Assembly (NCBI GenBank): GCA_018675335.1 | Contig: JABGYH010000007.1 | Span: 308,232 to 372,231, forward strand | Direction of reading: 5' to 3' | From: Candidatus Woesearchaeota archaeon | Lineage (GTDB): Archaea > Nanobdellota > Nanobdellia > Woesearchaeales > UBA11576 | DNA length: 64,000 nucleotides | Shown here: piece by piece, positions 17,497 through 31,000 of the stretch | Layout: the number at the start of each line of letters is the position of its first letter | How positions within the stretch are numbered: the stretch's first letter is position 1 | Made by a program: the position numbers and the translations under genes | Notes under the pieces: model-generated | Seen by the model: only the letters and a program-made list of their open reading frames with translations | Database searches by the model: none | What the model was told of the DNA's origin: nothing

Positions 17497-17724
17497 ATGA
17501 TAGGATTCGTACTAATCTCACTAAATCATGGAGATGAACAGAAAGTACAAGCTGAATTACAACTATTAGAACAAGTAACTGAAGTTCATATTCTATTTGG
17601 AGAATGGGACTTAATCGCAAAAGTTACCGTAGATGGTCCAGAAGCACTTTCAACATTTGTTATGGACGCAGTTAGAACAATACCTGAAATAAAAATGTCA
17701 TCTACTCTTATTGTTGCGAAATAA
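17497..17724 (+). CDS. Stand-alone Lrp/AsnC-type RAM (ligand-binding) domain protein
   Basis: 75 aa with GFVLISLNHGDEQKVQAELQLLEQVTEVHILFGEWDLIAKV, typical of the AsnC C-terminal domain. No HTH present. Confidence 0.55.
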   Translation: MIGFVLISLNHGDEQKVQAELQLLEQVTEVHILFGEWDLIAKVTVDGPEALSTFVMDAVRTIPEIKMSSTLIVAK

Positions 17725-17750
17725 ACATGAACTTAGAAAAAAACTAATAT

Positions 17751-19502
17751 TTATGTGTAATACAACTTGTTAGCGGATTTTTGTTCACGGTCTTTACGAC
17801 TATCTTCTTTATTTACCCTTGGCCTAGATGAATCTTCATCACGCCGCATAGTAATTTTTAAATCTGCCAAAAAATGATTCATCCCTTGCTCCATCGTAAA
17901 CGGACCTTTTACAATACCATTTACTGCCGGAACTCCATCAAATACCACAATTTTTCTAGCAATATAATCAATAAATAATAAATCGTGATCAATAACAAAA
18001 CAAGACTTACCCGTTACATCCATCAAATCTGCAATTATTTTGGAAACATTAAGCCTTTGCTCAACATCCAAATAAGCACTTGGCTCGTCTAAAAGAAATA
18101 AATCTGCATCCCGAGAAAGACAATGTGCAATTGTTACTTTTTGAAGTTGTCCTCCTGAAAGCTCATTTAATTTTTTATAAAATAAGGGTTTTAAATTTAA
18201 TGGATTAATTAATTGATTCTCAAACTTTTGAATTGCAGTGCCTAAAAAAGTCATCACTAACTCATCAGTTGATTCCAAATATTGTGGTTTGTAAGCAATC
18301 TTGATTTTCTCATCAATTTCTCCTTCATCAGGCAGATCCACTTTTGCTAAAATTTTAACAAAAGAAGTTTTACCAATTCCATTCTCACCTAAAACTCCAA
18401 TAACATCATGTTTTCTTAATTCACCTTTCTGTGCAACTAAAGAAAAATTACCTAATTTCTTTTTAACATTTGACCACGCACACAACAACGGAGTTTCCCT
18501 ATTATGTTCTTCAGGCCTAGTGTTAAATGTAATCTTGTAATCTCTAAATCTAACATTCTCTTCTTTAATGTAACCTTCAAGATATGCATTAATCCCAACT
18601 CGCGTTGTTCTTGGAAGACTAACCATCCCATAAACACTTTCTCGCCCGTACATAATATGAGTTAAATCAGTCATCGAATCAAGAATAATTAAATCGTGCT
18701 CGATAATTAAAACTGCCTTTTCAGGGGTTGCCAGACTTCGAATAAACTTACTTAATTTAATTCTCTGTTTAATATCTAAATAAGATGTTGGCTCGTCGAA
18801 GATATATAGATTTGCATCTTTTAATACAGTTGCTGCAATTGCTACTCTTTGTAACTCCCCACCAGAAATATGTTCAACACTCCTATCAATTATTTTTGTT
18901 AATTCTAAAAGAGTAATTATTTCATCAAGTTTATTTGTTTCATCAGCTTTTTCTAAAAGTTCTCTTACTGTGCCCTTAAACACTTTAGGAATTTGATCAA
19001 CCGCCTGCGGTTTATATGCAACCTTAATTTCTCCCTGCTTTACCTTCTCAAAAAACTTCTGAGCTTCAGTTCCTTTGAAAAACTCAACAAGTTCGTCGTA
19101 TGATGCGGATTCATTTCTCCCAAAATTAGGCTTTAATGCACCCGCAAGAATTTTAATTGCAGTAGATTTTCCAATACCATTTACTCCCACAATACCCACA
19201 ACTTTCCCAAAAAGAGGTGTTGGCAAAGAATAAAGTGCAAACCCATTTGGGCCAAATCTATGAATTGGATCGCGTTGAAGTTCTGATGGTAAGTTAATAA
19301 TTGAAATTGCTTCGAATGGACAACGATTACTACAAATACCACAACCAGTGCAAAGAGACTCGTCAATAAGTGGTTTTCCCTCTTGTTGAATTATACATTC
19401 AGAACCAGTACGATTCATAGGACAAAGTTTGACACAAAGAAAATCACCACAACCAATAGGATTACAATATGATTTTTTAATAACTGCAATACGTTTTTTC
19501 AT
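17751..19502 (-). CDS. ABCE1/RLI (RNase L inhibitor) ribosome-recycling ATPase
   Basis: N-terminal 4Fe-4S cysteine clusters (CNPIGCGDFLCVKLCP, CTGCGICSNRCPF) followed by two ABC ATPase domains (Walker A GVNGIGKST, GENGIGKTS; LSGGELQR, LSGGQLQK). Confidence 0.9.
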   Translation of the reverse strand: MKKRIAVIKKSYCNPIGCGDFLCVKLCPMNRTGSECIIQQEGKPLIDESLCTGCGICSNRCPFEAISIINLPSELQRDPIHRFGPNGFALYSLPTPLFGKVVGIVGVNGIGKSTAIKILAGALKPNFGRNESASYDELVEFFKGTEAQKFFEKVKQGEIKVAYKPQAVDQIPKVFKGTVRELLEKADETNKLDEIITLLELTKIIDRSVEHISGGELQRVAIAATVLKDANLYIFDEPTSYLDIKQRIKLSKFIRSLATPEKAVLIIEHDLIILDSMTDLTHIMYGRESVYGMVSLPRTTRVGINAYLEGYIKEENVRFRDYKITFNTRPEEHNRETPLLCAWSNVKKKLGNFSLVAQKGELRKHDVIGVLGENGIGKTSFVKILAKVDLPDEGEIDEKIKIAYKPQYLESTDELVMTFLGTAIQKFENQLINPLNLKPLFYKKLNELSGGQLQKVTIAHCLSRDADLFLLDEPSAYLDVEQRLNVSKIIADLMDVTGKSCFVIDHDLLFIDYIARKIVVFDGVPAVNGIVKGPFTMEQGMNHFLADLKITMRRDEDSSRPRVNKEDSRKDREQKSANKLYYT

Positions 19503-20284
19503 TTTCCAATCTTCCTCACAAAACTTAAGAATCCAGAATGAATAATTTGTCTTGATTTTGGTCTAACTTTTCTACCTTCAACTTGCCACTCTCGTTCTAT
19601 TAACTCAATAGTTTTAAGATGAATAAGATTTTCATGATTGGGAATTTCATTAACAAACTCTGCAGTTTGAGTAATTGTTGGAGAATAAGATACAACAAAA
19701 CCTCCTGGTTTTAGCATTTTTGATGCGTGTTTTAAAACTAACCACGGTTCTGGAAGATCAAGAGTTAATAAATCAACATTTTTTTCTTCAAATCCATCAT
19801 AAATACTTTGATTTTTAACATCAATATTTTTTATATCAAGAATTTTAATATTTTCTTTAACAACTGCAAGATGATCAGGTTCAATTTCATACGTTGTAAC
19901 CTTTTTTACATGGCGCGCTAAAAATAAAGAAAGTGCGCCTGAACCACTACCTGCATCAACAACAATAGAATCTTTACCAACTCCAGTTTGCGCCAGAATA
20001 AAACCAATATCTTTTAGAGGGATTATTTGAGGCAATCTTTTCATCTTTTTATAATCATCAATGAACGCAGAATCAAAAATAAATAATTCTTCACCTTTAC
20101 TAGAAATAACTTTATCGCCATTTGATTTTTTCAGATCTTCCGCTTTGATAAAACCTTTTGACGTGGAAAAATCTTTAGACAAATCAGATAAATAATATCT
20201 TTTTTCTTTTGAAAGAGTAATCTCTTTATCCAAATCTTCAAAATACTTTTTTATGCATTTTTTAATTAAAATTTTAGCGCACAT
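19499..20284 (-). CDS. trmI: tRNA (adenine-N1)-methyltransferase TrmI/Gcd14 family
   Basis: SAM motif VVDAGSGSGALSLFLAR; its stop overlaps the ABCE1 start by 4 nt. Confidence 0.65.
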   Translation of the reverse strand: MCAKILIKKCIKKYFEDLDKEITLSKEKRYYLSDLSKDFSTSKGFIKAEDLKKSNGDKVISSKGEELFIFDSAFIDDYKKMKRLPQIIPLKDIGFILAQTGVGKDSIVVDAGSGSGALSLFLARHVKKVTTYEIEPDHLAVVKENIKILDIKNIDVKNQSIYDGFEEKNVDLLTLDLPEPWLVLKHASKMLKPGGFVVSYSPTITQTAEFVNEIPNHENLIHLKTIELIEREWQVEGRKVRPKSRQIIHSGFLSFVRKIGK

Positions 20285-20348
20285 AAATATAAAAGAAAAA
20301 GAGAAGATTTTATAAAATTATAGCTTTTGAGAACGCATTAAATAAGGC

Positions 20349-22082
20349 TTAATCTATCTTCTCAAGCACTTGCGCCGCTAAATCCTCAGTCCAACCTTTT
20401 CTAATTAAACCTTGTCTAATTTGCTCTTTTGAATATCCTTTCTTCGAAAGTGCTTTAATTGATGCGATTGCAGCTGAAAGCCGCGTATCTTCCTCATGCA
20501 GTTTATTCTTCTCCATATGAGTATCAACCGCAGTAATATGAGTGAAAACATCATCTAACAATTCATTAGACCAACCTTTTTTTGAAAGAACATTTCTAAC
20601 TTCCTCACCCGTAAAGCCATTAGCAAGCGCATGATAAATATACCTTTCCACTGCCATTTCTTTTTCTTTTGATAGAGTTAATTTAGGCTTAGGTTTTGGT
20701 TGCACTACTGGTTTTTCTTCTTGGGTAAAAGGTAGGACAGGTTCAGAGATCTCTTTAGGTGATTCTCCAAGACCTGCCCTGGTTGTTGTTGGGGGTTTTC
20801 CCATAGGCAATTGATAACGGAAAACCGCAATACCACCTATGAGAAGAACTATGATTGACGATGCAATAATCCACGTCCACAAACTAATTGGAGACTTCGG
20901 AGGTGTTGGTGATTCTACAACAGGTTCGGGCGTCGCCTTAATATTTGCCCAACCACTTTCAGTTTTGGTTGTTGCTTGCCCTGTTACTTCAGTTGTTATT
21001 TGAGACTCAACTTTAGGATTTGTTTGAGGAGGAGTTACTTTCTTCTTAGGCGGCAATAAATTAGGCATAGCATAAGATTTTTTCTCAGGATATAATTTAA
21101 AACTCATTATAACAAAACCATCAGCAAGCTCTATATTGATCACAATGTCATCTGAAAATAATTCTGCTAAACCAACAGTTTTTTGCTCTCCTAATTTAAC
21201 TGTGTATGAATAAGGAGTTCCAGTTCTTTTGATGGTTGCTTGTAAATTACCAACTTCAGTAACATCAAAAGGATACTCTAACCCATTAAACAAAATAGTA
21301 AGTTTGTCATTTTTTCTAAGTTTTGCAGTAACACCTTGATCGGTTGGGATAACTACAATAGATGAGGGACTAGATGAAGAAGATCCGCCTCCGCCGCCAC
21401 CACCTGTGTTCCCACCCGCAGAACAATCGTTGCAAATACCACCACAATCAGTTCCAGTTTCAGATCCATCTTTTTTATTATTATTACACATATCTTCCGC
21501 AACAAAAAATGCAGAAAATTGAGTGATTCCCGTAATTGTAATCATGCCAGTATTAGAATCAAAGGATAAATCAGTACCATGAGTTTCGACATTCCTAGTC
21601 ATATTTGGAATTCCAGCATCAAAATCATAAGGCGTGTGAATAACCACCGGAGTAGTTAATGAATCTAACTCTGAAGCATTATAATAAATTGTAAAAGTAT
21701 TATTAACTCCATTTTGTTTTACTTCAAACGCATGCACTGCTAAAACTTCATATTCTGCACCCGAAGTATTAAATGAAGTATTAACATAAGTAAAATCATC
21801 TATGTCTAAAGACCTTGAACTAATATTAACAACAGTTGTTGGTTGAAACGTTGTTGAAATTACTTTAAATTTCTCATCCAACGATGCAATCTCTGCAGTT
21901 AAAATAGTGTCAGGCAAATCTACCTGTTGCGTAGAATTAAATGACTGATTATTATGTAATTCAATTTCGCCCAAACTATAAATCAAACTAACATTTTCTT
22001 TGTTTGTTGCAGAAACAAAACTAAATGAAAATAAAACTAACAAAAACAAAATACAAAATTTGAATAAGTTTTTAGTTCTCAT
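20349..22082 (-). CDS. Single-pass surface protein: signal peptide, extracellular domain with a Cys/Asp-rich motif and poly-Gly/Ser linker, TM helix, cytoplasmic tail with two ~35-aa repeats
   Basis: Signal FCILFLLVLFSFSFVSA; DMCNNNKKDGSETGTDCGGICNDC; GGNTGGGGGGGSSSSS; TM LWTWIIASSIIVLLIGGIAVF; tail repeats …SKKGWSNELLDDVF… and …IRKGWTEDLAAQVL…. Starts 2 nt after the giant gene. Confidence 0.55.
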   Translation of the reverse strand: MRTKNLFKFCILFLLVLFSFSFVSATNKENVSLIYSLGEIELHNNQSFNSTQQVDLPDTILTAEIASLDEKFKVISTTFQPTTVVNISSRSLDIDDFTYVNTSFNTSGAEYEVLAVHAFEVKQNGVNNTFTIYYNASELDSLTTPVVIHTPYDFDAGIPNMTRNVETHGTDLSFDSNTGMITITGITQFSAFFVAEDMCNNNKKDGSETGTDCGGICNDCSAGGNTGGGGGGGSSSSSPSSIVVIPTDQGVTAKLRKNDKLTILFNGLEYPFDVTEVGNLQATIKRTGTPYSYTVKLGEQKTVGLAELFSDDIVINIELADGFVIMSFKLYPEKKSYAMPNLLPPKKKVTPPQTNPKVESQITTEVTGQATTKTESGWANIKATPEPVVESPTPPKSPISLWTWIIASSIIVLLIGGIAVFRYQLPMGKPPTTTRAGLGESPKEISEPVLPFTQEEKPVVQPKPKPKLTLSKEKEMAVERYIYHALANGFTGEEVRNVLSKKGWSNELLDDVFTHITAVDTHMEKNKLHEEDTRLSAAIASIKALSKKGYSKEQIRQGLIRKGWTEDLAAQVLEKID

Positions 22083-22083
22083 T

Positions 22084-25000
22084 TTAGTTTACGTTAACAT
22101 TCTGTTCTACTTTTTCGAAAGAGGAAAACACATTCAAGTAGGATTCATCAAATAAATTAGATTCATTGTCAGATGCATTTATGAAAATACTATAAGTTCC
22201 ATTCTGACTAACCTCATCAAAACTAAGATTATAATCTCCCTCTATATCTGCATCACTAATCGCAGGTATAAAATCATCAGCTTCATATTGAGATAAAGAT
22301 CCATTAGGAAGAATAAATGTTAAATTAAATGAATCAATATTATTTTTAGACGATAATGTAAGTGCAACATCTATCCCGCTATCATTAAACGTCCAACCAG
22401 ACCCGAAGGAAATATTATCAATGAAAATAAAATCTTCTAGTGCATGGAAAGTTGCAATATCAGGATCACCATAAGTTCCTAAATTATCCACACAAGAAAT
22501 ATTTAATACCGTTTCTCCTTGAGATACATTAATTGTAGTATCATTCCCTAACGTGTTCAGATACGTTTTATTTACGACACCGTCAAGATAAATGGTACAG
22601 TTAGCAAGTTCATCCACTGTGAAATTTAAAGGAATTTCTAACGACTCATAAACTCCCCCATTAACAGGAGAATATAAATCAACTCCTGGAGTTGAAACAT
22701 TTAGTTGAACTACAACAGGCGTTGAATTTTTATAATTCAAACCATCAAATGCGCTTATTTTAATTCCGAAATAATCAACATTGTAACTTGAATTTATCCA
22801 CTGATACCAATTATTGGTTGTGTTGGCCACATTAGTAAATGAAGTAATATCTTGAGACGAATCAAATCCAAAATACACATGATACTCTAAAGATTCATTA
22901 TCTATATCTTCTGCAGCATCCCAAGTAATATTAATTGAGCCACCATATTCCTCCCCTGATGATGGATAAGTTATTACTGGCGCTATGTGAGGCATATCAT
23001 TAAATGCAGTAACATTTAAAGTTATATCTGGAGACCACTCTGAAACATTAATTAAATCGCCAGCCCTAAATGAAATTGTTGGCAAAATTTCATCCTCACT
23101 ATTAGAATAATTTGCAGGAGGAGTTATGTTAACAATTCCAGTAGAGTCATTAATTACAACAGTAAAATTACTATTAGATAAATTATATTCATAAGTTAAG
23201 TTATCCAAATCTACATCGAAAAATTCTTCAGATAAATTAATACTTATATTAGATACATCTTCAGTCAGAGACATATTATCAATTTGACCTCCAAAGTAAG
23301 GAGCATCATTAACAGGGATTATTGATATGTTAATCTGAGTTTCAAACCCAATTAAATAGCTATCAACAACATTAATAATTAAAGTAATGTTTTCAACATA
23401 ATCATTACCTAAAGTAATATTATATTCTCCAGTTGTGCTATTAATTAACTCAACAGTTAAAGTTTCATCTAATAACTCAATAGGATCTGGCACAACATCA
23501 TAAGTTAAATTATCACTTGTTGGATCAATATCTTCATCAGGATCAATAAAAAAATCATCTAACGTAATTGTACCAGACAAGTCTTCGAGTATACTAATAA
23601 TGCCTGCACCCATAAATATTGGAGGTGTGCTTTCAATAAAAATTGAACTAGGTAATTCAGTTGAATCATTATTACCATCAACTGCAACAACTGACCAATT
23701 TAAAGTTTTATTAATGAACTTGTGTAAATCAACAACCTCAAAAGTATAAATCCCACTATCTAAGTAATGTGTTGAATTCTGAGTTTCGTTAACACTAGAT
23801 ACTTTAGAAACAATCGTTCCATTAGGATACTCAAATGAAATATTTACTAAACTTAGCGTTTCATCAGTAATATTTACTGAAAGATAAATACTATCACTAG
23901 CAACCACTGTCGTTAAAATAGCATCACCTGAAACATTCATTGTTTGATTTTGTGCAATGATCGGACTTGAATGATCAATATAAACTTCCCTACTTTCAGG
24001 ATTGGTTTCAGCAGGACCCGCACCATTCTCACCATTTAATTGAATAACATATTCTCCTTCAGCCCAATCACCAACATAAATTAAATCAGTGTAATTATGA
24101 TCTTCTGCATACACAGTTTCTTGAGTTTCTTTAAATTTAATTAAACCTTGCGAATCATAAATAGTAAAAGAACTATTGATTGCATTTGTAACTTGAAACC
24201 CTGAATCAATATTAGTTTCGTTGTATATGTGCCCACTCTCAATAAAAGAGCTATTTGTATCATTAATCCCAAATATTAATTGCGGAGCTCTTTTATCAAC
24301 TGTAAAATTAATAAATGATTGATTAGTGTTATTGAATTCATCTTTTGCAGTCACAATAAAAGTTAAATTCGTTACATTATTTTCAATATCTGAAAAATCT
24401 AGTAAAATATCTCCATTGGAAGGTAAACTTCCAGTCATATTATCATAAGTTATATTTGTATTATTAGCATACTTAACTTGATATGTTCTCTCAGTAATTG
24501 CATTATTATCAGTAATTGTTGTTTGAAATTCCACTACTCCCGAAATAATATCATCCTGGTCAGGGAAAACAAATTCTACCGAGGGATTAGTTCTATCAAG
24601 TTCAAACTGTCTTGTAGTTGAGTAAACACAAGAATTGTTAGCAACAGCATTATCGCAAGCAACAACTCTCCAATAATAAGTTCCATCCTCAGAGTTTGAT
24701 GTATCAACTTCAAAAGTTTCAGCAGTAGCCCCAGTTGGTTCGCTGATAAAAATAGAAGTTGGAAGTTTCAAATCACGTTCATAAATCCAAATTTTAGATC
24801 CGTTAGTTGCAACTACAATATTATCACTAAATCCATAATCAGTAACTGAATCTGATTCGTCAATTAACTGATTGTTGTTTTGATTTATAAAAAAACCATC
24901 CAAACTGTTATTTATTGAATAATCTCCAAAATAACTATTTTCAAAATTTTCTTCAGGATACGAAATAAAACTATTATTATTTCCAAAATAAACTGCAGTT

Positions 25001-28000
25001 CCACCATTATTATCAGAATAACTGGATACAACTATTGGGAAAACTGACAAATTGTCGCCAGCATAATCCAGTTTCATAGATAACTTAGATTCTGAATCCG
25101 CTAAACTTAAGATTTCACCAGATTTATTAGACTGCAAATCATGCATCCAAACAGAGCTGCCATCACCCCAAATAAAAGACCCTCCTTTAACAGAAACTGC
25201 ATCAGCACCATAAACCCCATTTATCATAACTAATTCTAAGGAATCTAATTTAAAATTAAATATTCCTGAATCATTTACATAAATTAAATTATTCCCCTCA
25301 ACATCATAAGTGTTTGATTTAAAATCAGTTACTACCTCTGATCTTTTTGAAGTTGTTAAATCATAACTTAATAAATCCTTTTGCGCACCATTTGTTTTTT
25401 GATAATAAATTTTATTTTTGTAGATTTTAGGCATTGTTTCTGCAGATGTTGTTGTTGTTATTTGAGCAGTATTATTAGTCACAATATTTCTTGAAAAAAT
25501 GTTCCAATCACCCGACCTATTATCAGCCCAAACAATAATATCTCCAAAAACATCTGGATCTGCAATAGTTGCAACGGACGGCGTTAAAATTTCATATCTT
25601 GAAAAATTATTCAACTCATTATCCGAATAATTAAAACTAGTTTCATTATCAATTTCAATTGAGTAAATAAAATAATCATCATCAAGGTCACTTGTTAAAT
25701 TCCAAGATAAAATAATATCTGAATTAGTTTTAGTATTGTTTGAAACTCCAATTAATTCAGGAATTGCTGGAGCACTATTTGAAACTCTAACATAACCTGA
25801 CGAACTATTAGTTCTTTCTGTCTCATCAGCAATATTTACAGCACATGAAAGAGTTGAATCGCGAGTTATTGAATATTCTGATAAATTCAATTCAGCAGAA
25901 GTAAAATTTCCTGAAAGGAATAAATTTGTGGAATTCTCAAAGTTTACTCCGTCGTCAAACCACTGAAACAATGCCGAATCAACATTATTATCTTGATCCG
26001 TATAATTTGCAGAACAAAACGCAATTGAATCTGCATAAACAAATTCGCCGTCTGAATTATTAACAGTTACGTTAAATACTTGAGGGGCATCTGGCCAATT
26101 AATTATAAAATTAACATTAGTATTTTGAGTATGATCTTGAGCAACTCCCTGACTATCCCTACAAGAAATATACCAAGTAAAATTACCTTGACCACCAGTT
26201 GAAATTTCGCCACCAACATTAAACCTATTTACAGTCGTATTAGTACAAGAATAATTAGTTAAAGTAAAATTATCACATTCTTGAATATTTTCATTACTAC
26301 TATACCCAATATCAACATAAGTTAAAACACATTCACTAGCTTCTTCTGCATTGAAATTAATAGTAACATCTTTATCAGTTTCATTTACAAAAATCCAACC
26401 ATCGCCAGGATTTGAATCATCATTAATTTGATAAACTTCCGGTGCGGTTGGTGCAGAATTATCAATATAAATAATACCATTTGAATAAGTTGAAGCATTA
26501 GGATTATTAAAACCATTATAGGGAGTTATTTTAAAGTAATATTTAATTTGATTATCTAAACTAAGTCCACTAACTGAAACTTCAGAATTAGTAACATTAC
26601 CACTTGCACCACTTACTGCCGGACAACTATTAGGAATATCTCCACCACACTGATCATCCTCAGGATTGTACTGCAAAATTTCCCAAGCATAATGATCTAT
26701 ACCCGTTTCAGGATCAGAACTTGGAGTCCAACTAGCATGCAAATATGAACTATCAAAAGTTTGGAAACCTTGATCAGTAACAGATGAAATTAAAGTAGGC
26801 CCAGTTAAGTCAGATTTCATAACTTTTTGTATTGCCCCCGAATCATATACTTTTAAGTTACCTGCACCATCATAAACATGAAGTTTGAACGCATGACACT
26901 TACCAGAAATTAAATTCACATCTTCAATTGATTCGGCAAGACCATTACTAGGAGTAAGATAATGAATCAAATTAAAATCATAAATTGGAGGGCAAGTATT
27001 ATTAAGACCTACAGGTAATGAAGACGTTCCCATCCACAAAGAAACATTTTTGATTCCTGCAACCGAATTACTGGGCGTATCTAAACCATTATCTAAACCA
27101 GATCCATTATCCCCCCCCGAATTATAAAAAATATCCACGCTTTCAATATCATAATCGCCTCCCACATAAGAAATCGCACCACCAACTGGCTCTGTGAAAT
27201 CAGTAGTTATTCCTGCAGATGAAAAAAACTCAGACCAACCACTACTATAGTTAGAAAAACTATTTCCACTTTTTGCTCTAACATTAAAATAATATTTTAC
27301 TCCTTCTTCCAAAATTAAATTTGAAACTAAAACTGAGGTTTGACTTGTTTGCGTGAGCGGATGAACTGAATCAAAGCTTGCTTCCCATTCATTAGTTCCA
27401 GTTCCGATTGAATACTCATACCCAATAATTTCAGACTCTGCATCAGTAAAATTCCATGAAGCATTTAAGGATGATTGTGAATTTGCCCAAGCAGATGCGC
27501 CTTGTGACACGCAATTCCCCTCACAAGCAGGAGCACTATCATCAATATACAAAATACCATCACTAGAAACTGGCGCACTTGTAGCTCCAGCCAAATTAAC
27601 TGCCCTAACATTAAAATAATAAACTTCATTAGTTAAAAAAGTAAAATTATAAGCTGATTCTATTTCTGAACCCGTATGAGTTATGTTAATTTCTTTAGTT
27701 TGTTTTGATATATTAACCCAATTTAATTTATCAACAAGACTTGGATCTTTACCAACTGAAACTTGATAATAATCTAAATCAGTATCTTCACTCCCACTAG
27801 CTAAAGTCCAATTAGCCCAAATCCAATTTTTACTAGTCACATCCCAATTATTATAGTCTCTAACCCAACCAATACTGACATTAGTTAGTATAACATTAAT
27901 TTCAGTCACATTAATTTTTTCAGTACCAATATAATCCGATACATTAAACTTAACATTATTTGTTCCATTAAATAAAACCAAAGTAACATTACATGAATAA

Positions 28001-31000
28001 TATGAAGTATTGATTTCAGAACACAAAATATTATCTTCAAATTCAGACATATTTAATCCCAAAGAATCATTAACTGATTCAGGACTAACTGCATGAATAC
28101 TAAAGTTATCATCTTTTGACGCATTAATCCACAATGAAGAAATATTTACTTCATTATTATCAGATACGTTAAACTCAATAAAAGTTTCAGTTGATGCAGA
28201 AACATTTGAAATTTCACCCAAATAAAAAACAGGAGCGTCACCTGCATCATAATAAACGTATTGTGAAATTGATTTGTATCCTTCAGTTTCGTTTTTAACT
28301 CCCACTGCATAAATTTCATTAGTTTGATTGGCAGTTAAATTTCCAGAAATATTAATTGATACATTAAAAAATCCATGCCTCCACTCTGCGCTATGAATTA
28401 CCATATCCGCAGACGTTGTTACCGAACTTTCTAATGTAGGATCGAGTATTATTCTAGGATCTTCTCCAGGATTATCTTCTATTTCAGTTACATTATATCT
28501 TTGCCAATAAGTTCTATCATGATTTGAAAACTCAACCCAATAATTTGCCCACGCAGATTCGCTAATATCTAATGAGTCATATTCTGCTTGAGAAACAAAA
28601 ACATAAGATGCACCTTCTGCATGATTTGAACTAATGTTTAATACACCTAATTGATTTGAAGTATTATTTACATCTTGAGATAATAATGATACTTCATTAT
28701 CCTCATCTTTGATTACAACAGTAATATTTAAATGGGTTAAGCTTTCTTCGTCAATATACCCAATAACATTAAAATCTTCATTTTCTACACTAGGCAAATC
28801 CCACAATTTAGGAATTGCTTCAACAGGACCTGTTGGATGATTAATAAAATCATCAGTAGCACTACCAGAATTTCCTTTCTTATCCGTACCCCAAACAGAG
28901 ATTCTATTAACGCCACCATACAAAGAAACATTAGCTTGGAAATGTCCTGAAGGATACTCTGTCGAATACAAAGTAACTTGTGTTCCCACAGGAATAATTG
29001 ATTCTAAATTATCTGTAAAATTAACTCTAATATCATTACCCGTTCTATTAGCCTGATCAATTGCATATCTTTGGAAATAAGTCTTATCATGATTTGAAAA
29101 TGTAACATAATCATATGTCAAAAATGCGTCTTCACGCTCAGCAGTCCATTCAACCAACACAACATTTTGACCTTCTTCAGCATGATAATTTAAGGTAATA
29201 CTTTCACCTTCATATGTTGAATAAATTTCTGAATTTGTTTGAGTATCAACACTAAACTCATAATTTTCATCCTCATCAACTCTTAAAATAACAATTGTTG
29301 ATTCAATATCAGACTCATCATAATAACCCGCAACAACTGTTGTAGAATTATCAGATTGATTTGTTGGATGCAACCAAATTTGTTTATACAAAATAGGTGC
29401 AATAGGTGCAGTTACATCATCAACAAGAGTAAACGTCGAAGATAACGATTGATTCTCAAATTTATTTGAAGTACAATTAATATTATAATTATACACTCCT
29501 GGAGCAGTAAAATTTGTAACAGAATTATTAAATTTGTAAACTCCAAAATTTGAATCATAAATCATAGGCGTATTTGAAATTTTAGATAATCCATTCCAAG
29601 ATTGAGAAATTGAAATTGTACAACTACCATTATTAGTTGATGCAAAATCATCTCCTCCTGTTTGATCATTTATTGATTGTCCTGAAAGATCATTACCTTG
29701 ATCAGTTATGAAAAACTTAGTATAGTTTGCATAAAACCAAATACGATGATAAGTTTCTAAAGTACCATTTTCAGTATAAGTATTAATTTTACTATTATTA
29801 GTAGTTGAATAATTTGAAAATGAATTAACTTGAGTTGAAAAAATTCCATTCGTGTAATTTCTTGAACTGCTCGGACAAATTGAGTTATTACATAAAACTC
29901 CATTCCTAAGTAAAGCAGGAATTTGTTCGTAGGAAAGATTTGTTAAATTTAATTGAACTTGTTTGTTTGCTAAGTTGTATAACAAAACAGAATCCACACT
30001 AATTGAATTTTGTTCAATTGTAGCATAATTAAGATTCATTTTTTTAAAATTAATTGTTTCAAGGAATTCAATTGAACCGTAAGTGTTTTCCAATAAAACA
30101 TTTTCTGCAGAGTCTAATTCATCAATCAACGTAAAATTATAAGTATACTCTGCTTGATTAAATCCTTCCCCACAATCAGGTTCATCCCAACCAATATCCC
30201 CATCACAATCCCAATCAATAAGTCTATCTGCAAGATCAGTACAATGATCAACAGAAGAGTTTGAATGATTTAATGCGCCCGGATTTACCGCAGGATTATT
30301 ATCATTACAATCTTGAGGAATAAAATAAGAATCGTTATCATAATCAGTTGCCTTACTTACATTAAAAAAATCACTCTGATTAGTAAAACCAATAACTCCA
30401 TATGCTAACGGAGTAACATTATAATAAAACGACGTATTTTGCGGATCACCATAAGTAATTTGGTTATACGGAGTCCACTCAAAATAATTATTTACTTCAG
30501 TATCTGTTAAAGTAACCGAACCATAAAAAGTACCTTCAACACCAGTATCATTTTTGTAAAGATCAACCTGATACGTAATTGCATCAAAATTACCAACAGA
30601 ATTCCAAGTTAAATTAACAACATCCTCACTAGTTTCAAACGCAGCATCAATTGGAGGAGACGTTTTCAAACCACATTCAGTATCAGGAATAGTTGCACCT
30701 GCCGGATGAAAATTACCTGTGTTGTTTTGGCAAAAAGTGTTGTTTGTTAAATAGTCTTCACCAATTCCTTTCAAAAATAAATTGTTTGAAACTAAATTTC
30801 CCTCATTATTCTCAATAAATGCAAGATCATTTCCTGAACTATTAAAATAATTATTATAAATAATATTAGAACTGGATACTACACCAATTCCCGAAATAGT
30901 CGAGTTTATGAATGAATTATTTTCAATTAAACTCAAATTTGAATCAAGATAAATACCATATGATGAACCAGATATTGAATTATTAATAATTGAAATATTA

